From Tricharina praecox (Eukaryota), in contig NW_026250426.1 in NCBI RefSeq assembly GCF_024521635.1, forward strand, positions 310,001 through 374,000: DNA of 64,000 bases. Direction: 5' to 3'. Positions 63,097 to 64,000 of this stretch are shown piece by piece (the first letter of the stretch is position 1; the number at the start of each line of letters is the position of its first letter). The notes below the pieces were generated by a model. The model was not told where the DNA came from, did not search any database, and saw only the letters and a list, made by a program, of their open reading frames with translations. The position numbers and the translations under genes are program-made.

Positions 63097-64000
63097 ATGG
63101 CCGACCCACCCAACGCACCCAACCCGCGCAAGCGTCCATCGCCACCAGGCAGCACACCGACCAGCACGCAGCCGGACCGCAAGCGAGCCCGCATCATCTC
63201 GTCGCGCACCATCATCACGCAGACCAACCTGCCCGAACTAAAGACCGGCCAGCTCAATGTCGCCGCCTTCGTCAAGTCGCGGAAGTTCGAGATCGCGGCG
63301 CTGCAGCGGTCCATGGCCACGGCAAAGACTGCGCTGAAGCAGCGCGCGTTCCAGAGCGTGCCCCGCGATATGCGCCGCAGAACCGCAAGCCACAATTCGA
63401 AGCGCGTGCCGAAGAAATTGAGGGACCGCGCCGAGAAGGAGATGAAGGAGGATAATACTCCTACGCATACGTTCCGGAAGAGGAAAAAGAGCGGACATGA
63501 TCGGTTGAGGGCGGAGACGGCGGAGAAGCTCAAGACGATGGCGAAGAAGAGAGAGGTTGTGGAGGGGTTGATTCACGCGGTGGAGGGGAAGGGAGGGGAG
63601 TTGGTGAAGCCCCCGAGGGCGCACTCTAAGTGGAGGAAACGGCAGAAGGGGAAAGTGTGGTTGCCAACGCATGTGTGGCATGCGAAGAGGGCGCATATGG
63701 AGATCAGATGGAGGTTTTCGGTGCCCGAGAGCCCGAACGATAAATGCTTCAGGAGTACGCAGCGCGCAGTGGAGAAGAGGGGGGGTGTTGCGTGGGATAC
63801 GAGTTACTGGAGTCACATACTCGTGAGGGGTGAGGGGGTGCTGGTGCGGATGGTGCTGGAGGCGGTGTTTCCTGGTGCTGGGGGGGATGCGAAGGTGCGC
63901 ATGGGGAAGAGGAGTAAGGAGTGCTGGGCCTATGAGCGAGGTGGATACCCCGATAAGCCTATCGGGCCTGTAACGGTAATCTGGAGCCCTGCTGAGGAGG
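63097..64000 (+). CDS. POP1: RNase P/MRP subunit Pop1, 5' part (runs off the window)
   Basis: FVKSRKFEIAAL...RAFQSVPRDMRRRTASHNSKRVP and WLPTHVWHAKRAHM are Pop1 N-terminal signatures. Confidence 0.92.
   Translation, partial: MADPPNAPNPRKRPSPPGSTPTSTQPDRKRARIISSRTIITQTNLPELKTGQLNVAAFVKSRKFEIAALQRSMATAKTALKQRAFQSVPRDMRRRTASHNSKRVPKKLRDRAEKEMKEDNTPTHTFRKRKKSGHDRLRAETAEKLKTMAKKREVVEGLIHAVEGKGGELVKPPRAHSKWRKRQKGKVWLPTHVWHAKRAHMEIRWRFSVPESPNDKCFRSTQRAVEKRGGVAWDTSYWSHILVRGEGVLVRMVLEAVFPGAGGDAKVRMGKRSKECWAYERGGYPDKPIGPVTVIWSPAEE

Overview
Eukaryotic (fungal) genomic DNA. Short GT-AG introns with CTRAY branch sites and the protein families point to a filamentous ascomycete (Pezizomycotina); this is inference. 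There are three zones. (1) 0.4-11.9 kb is a compact housekeeping cluster: RPB7, ATP1, dipeptidyl aminopeptidase B, a small TM/coiled-coil protein, a PPIL1-type cyclophilin, an RQT4/ASC-1 zinc finger and MIC19. (2) 13.0-49.1 kb is a ~36-kb microsatellite-saturated gene desert. Its only recognisable protein gene is the C2H2 regulator mtfA, and it is bracketed by two identical, outward-facing tRNA-Gly(TCC) genes that also share 3' flank similarity. (3) 49.4-64 kb holds ERD1, a GPI-type GH16, a mucin-like TM protein, a TA-flanked MITE, Ty1/copia relics arranged as an inverted repeat with a perfectly identical 98-bp core, IPK1, a YeeE/YedE transporter and the start of POP1. The most notable observations are the tDNA-bracketed single-gene domain and the copia fold-back. 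All gene calls come from manual motif recognition and hand-spliced models; no searches were run.
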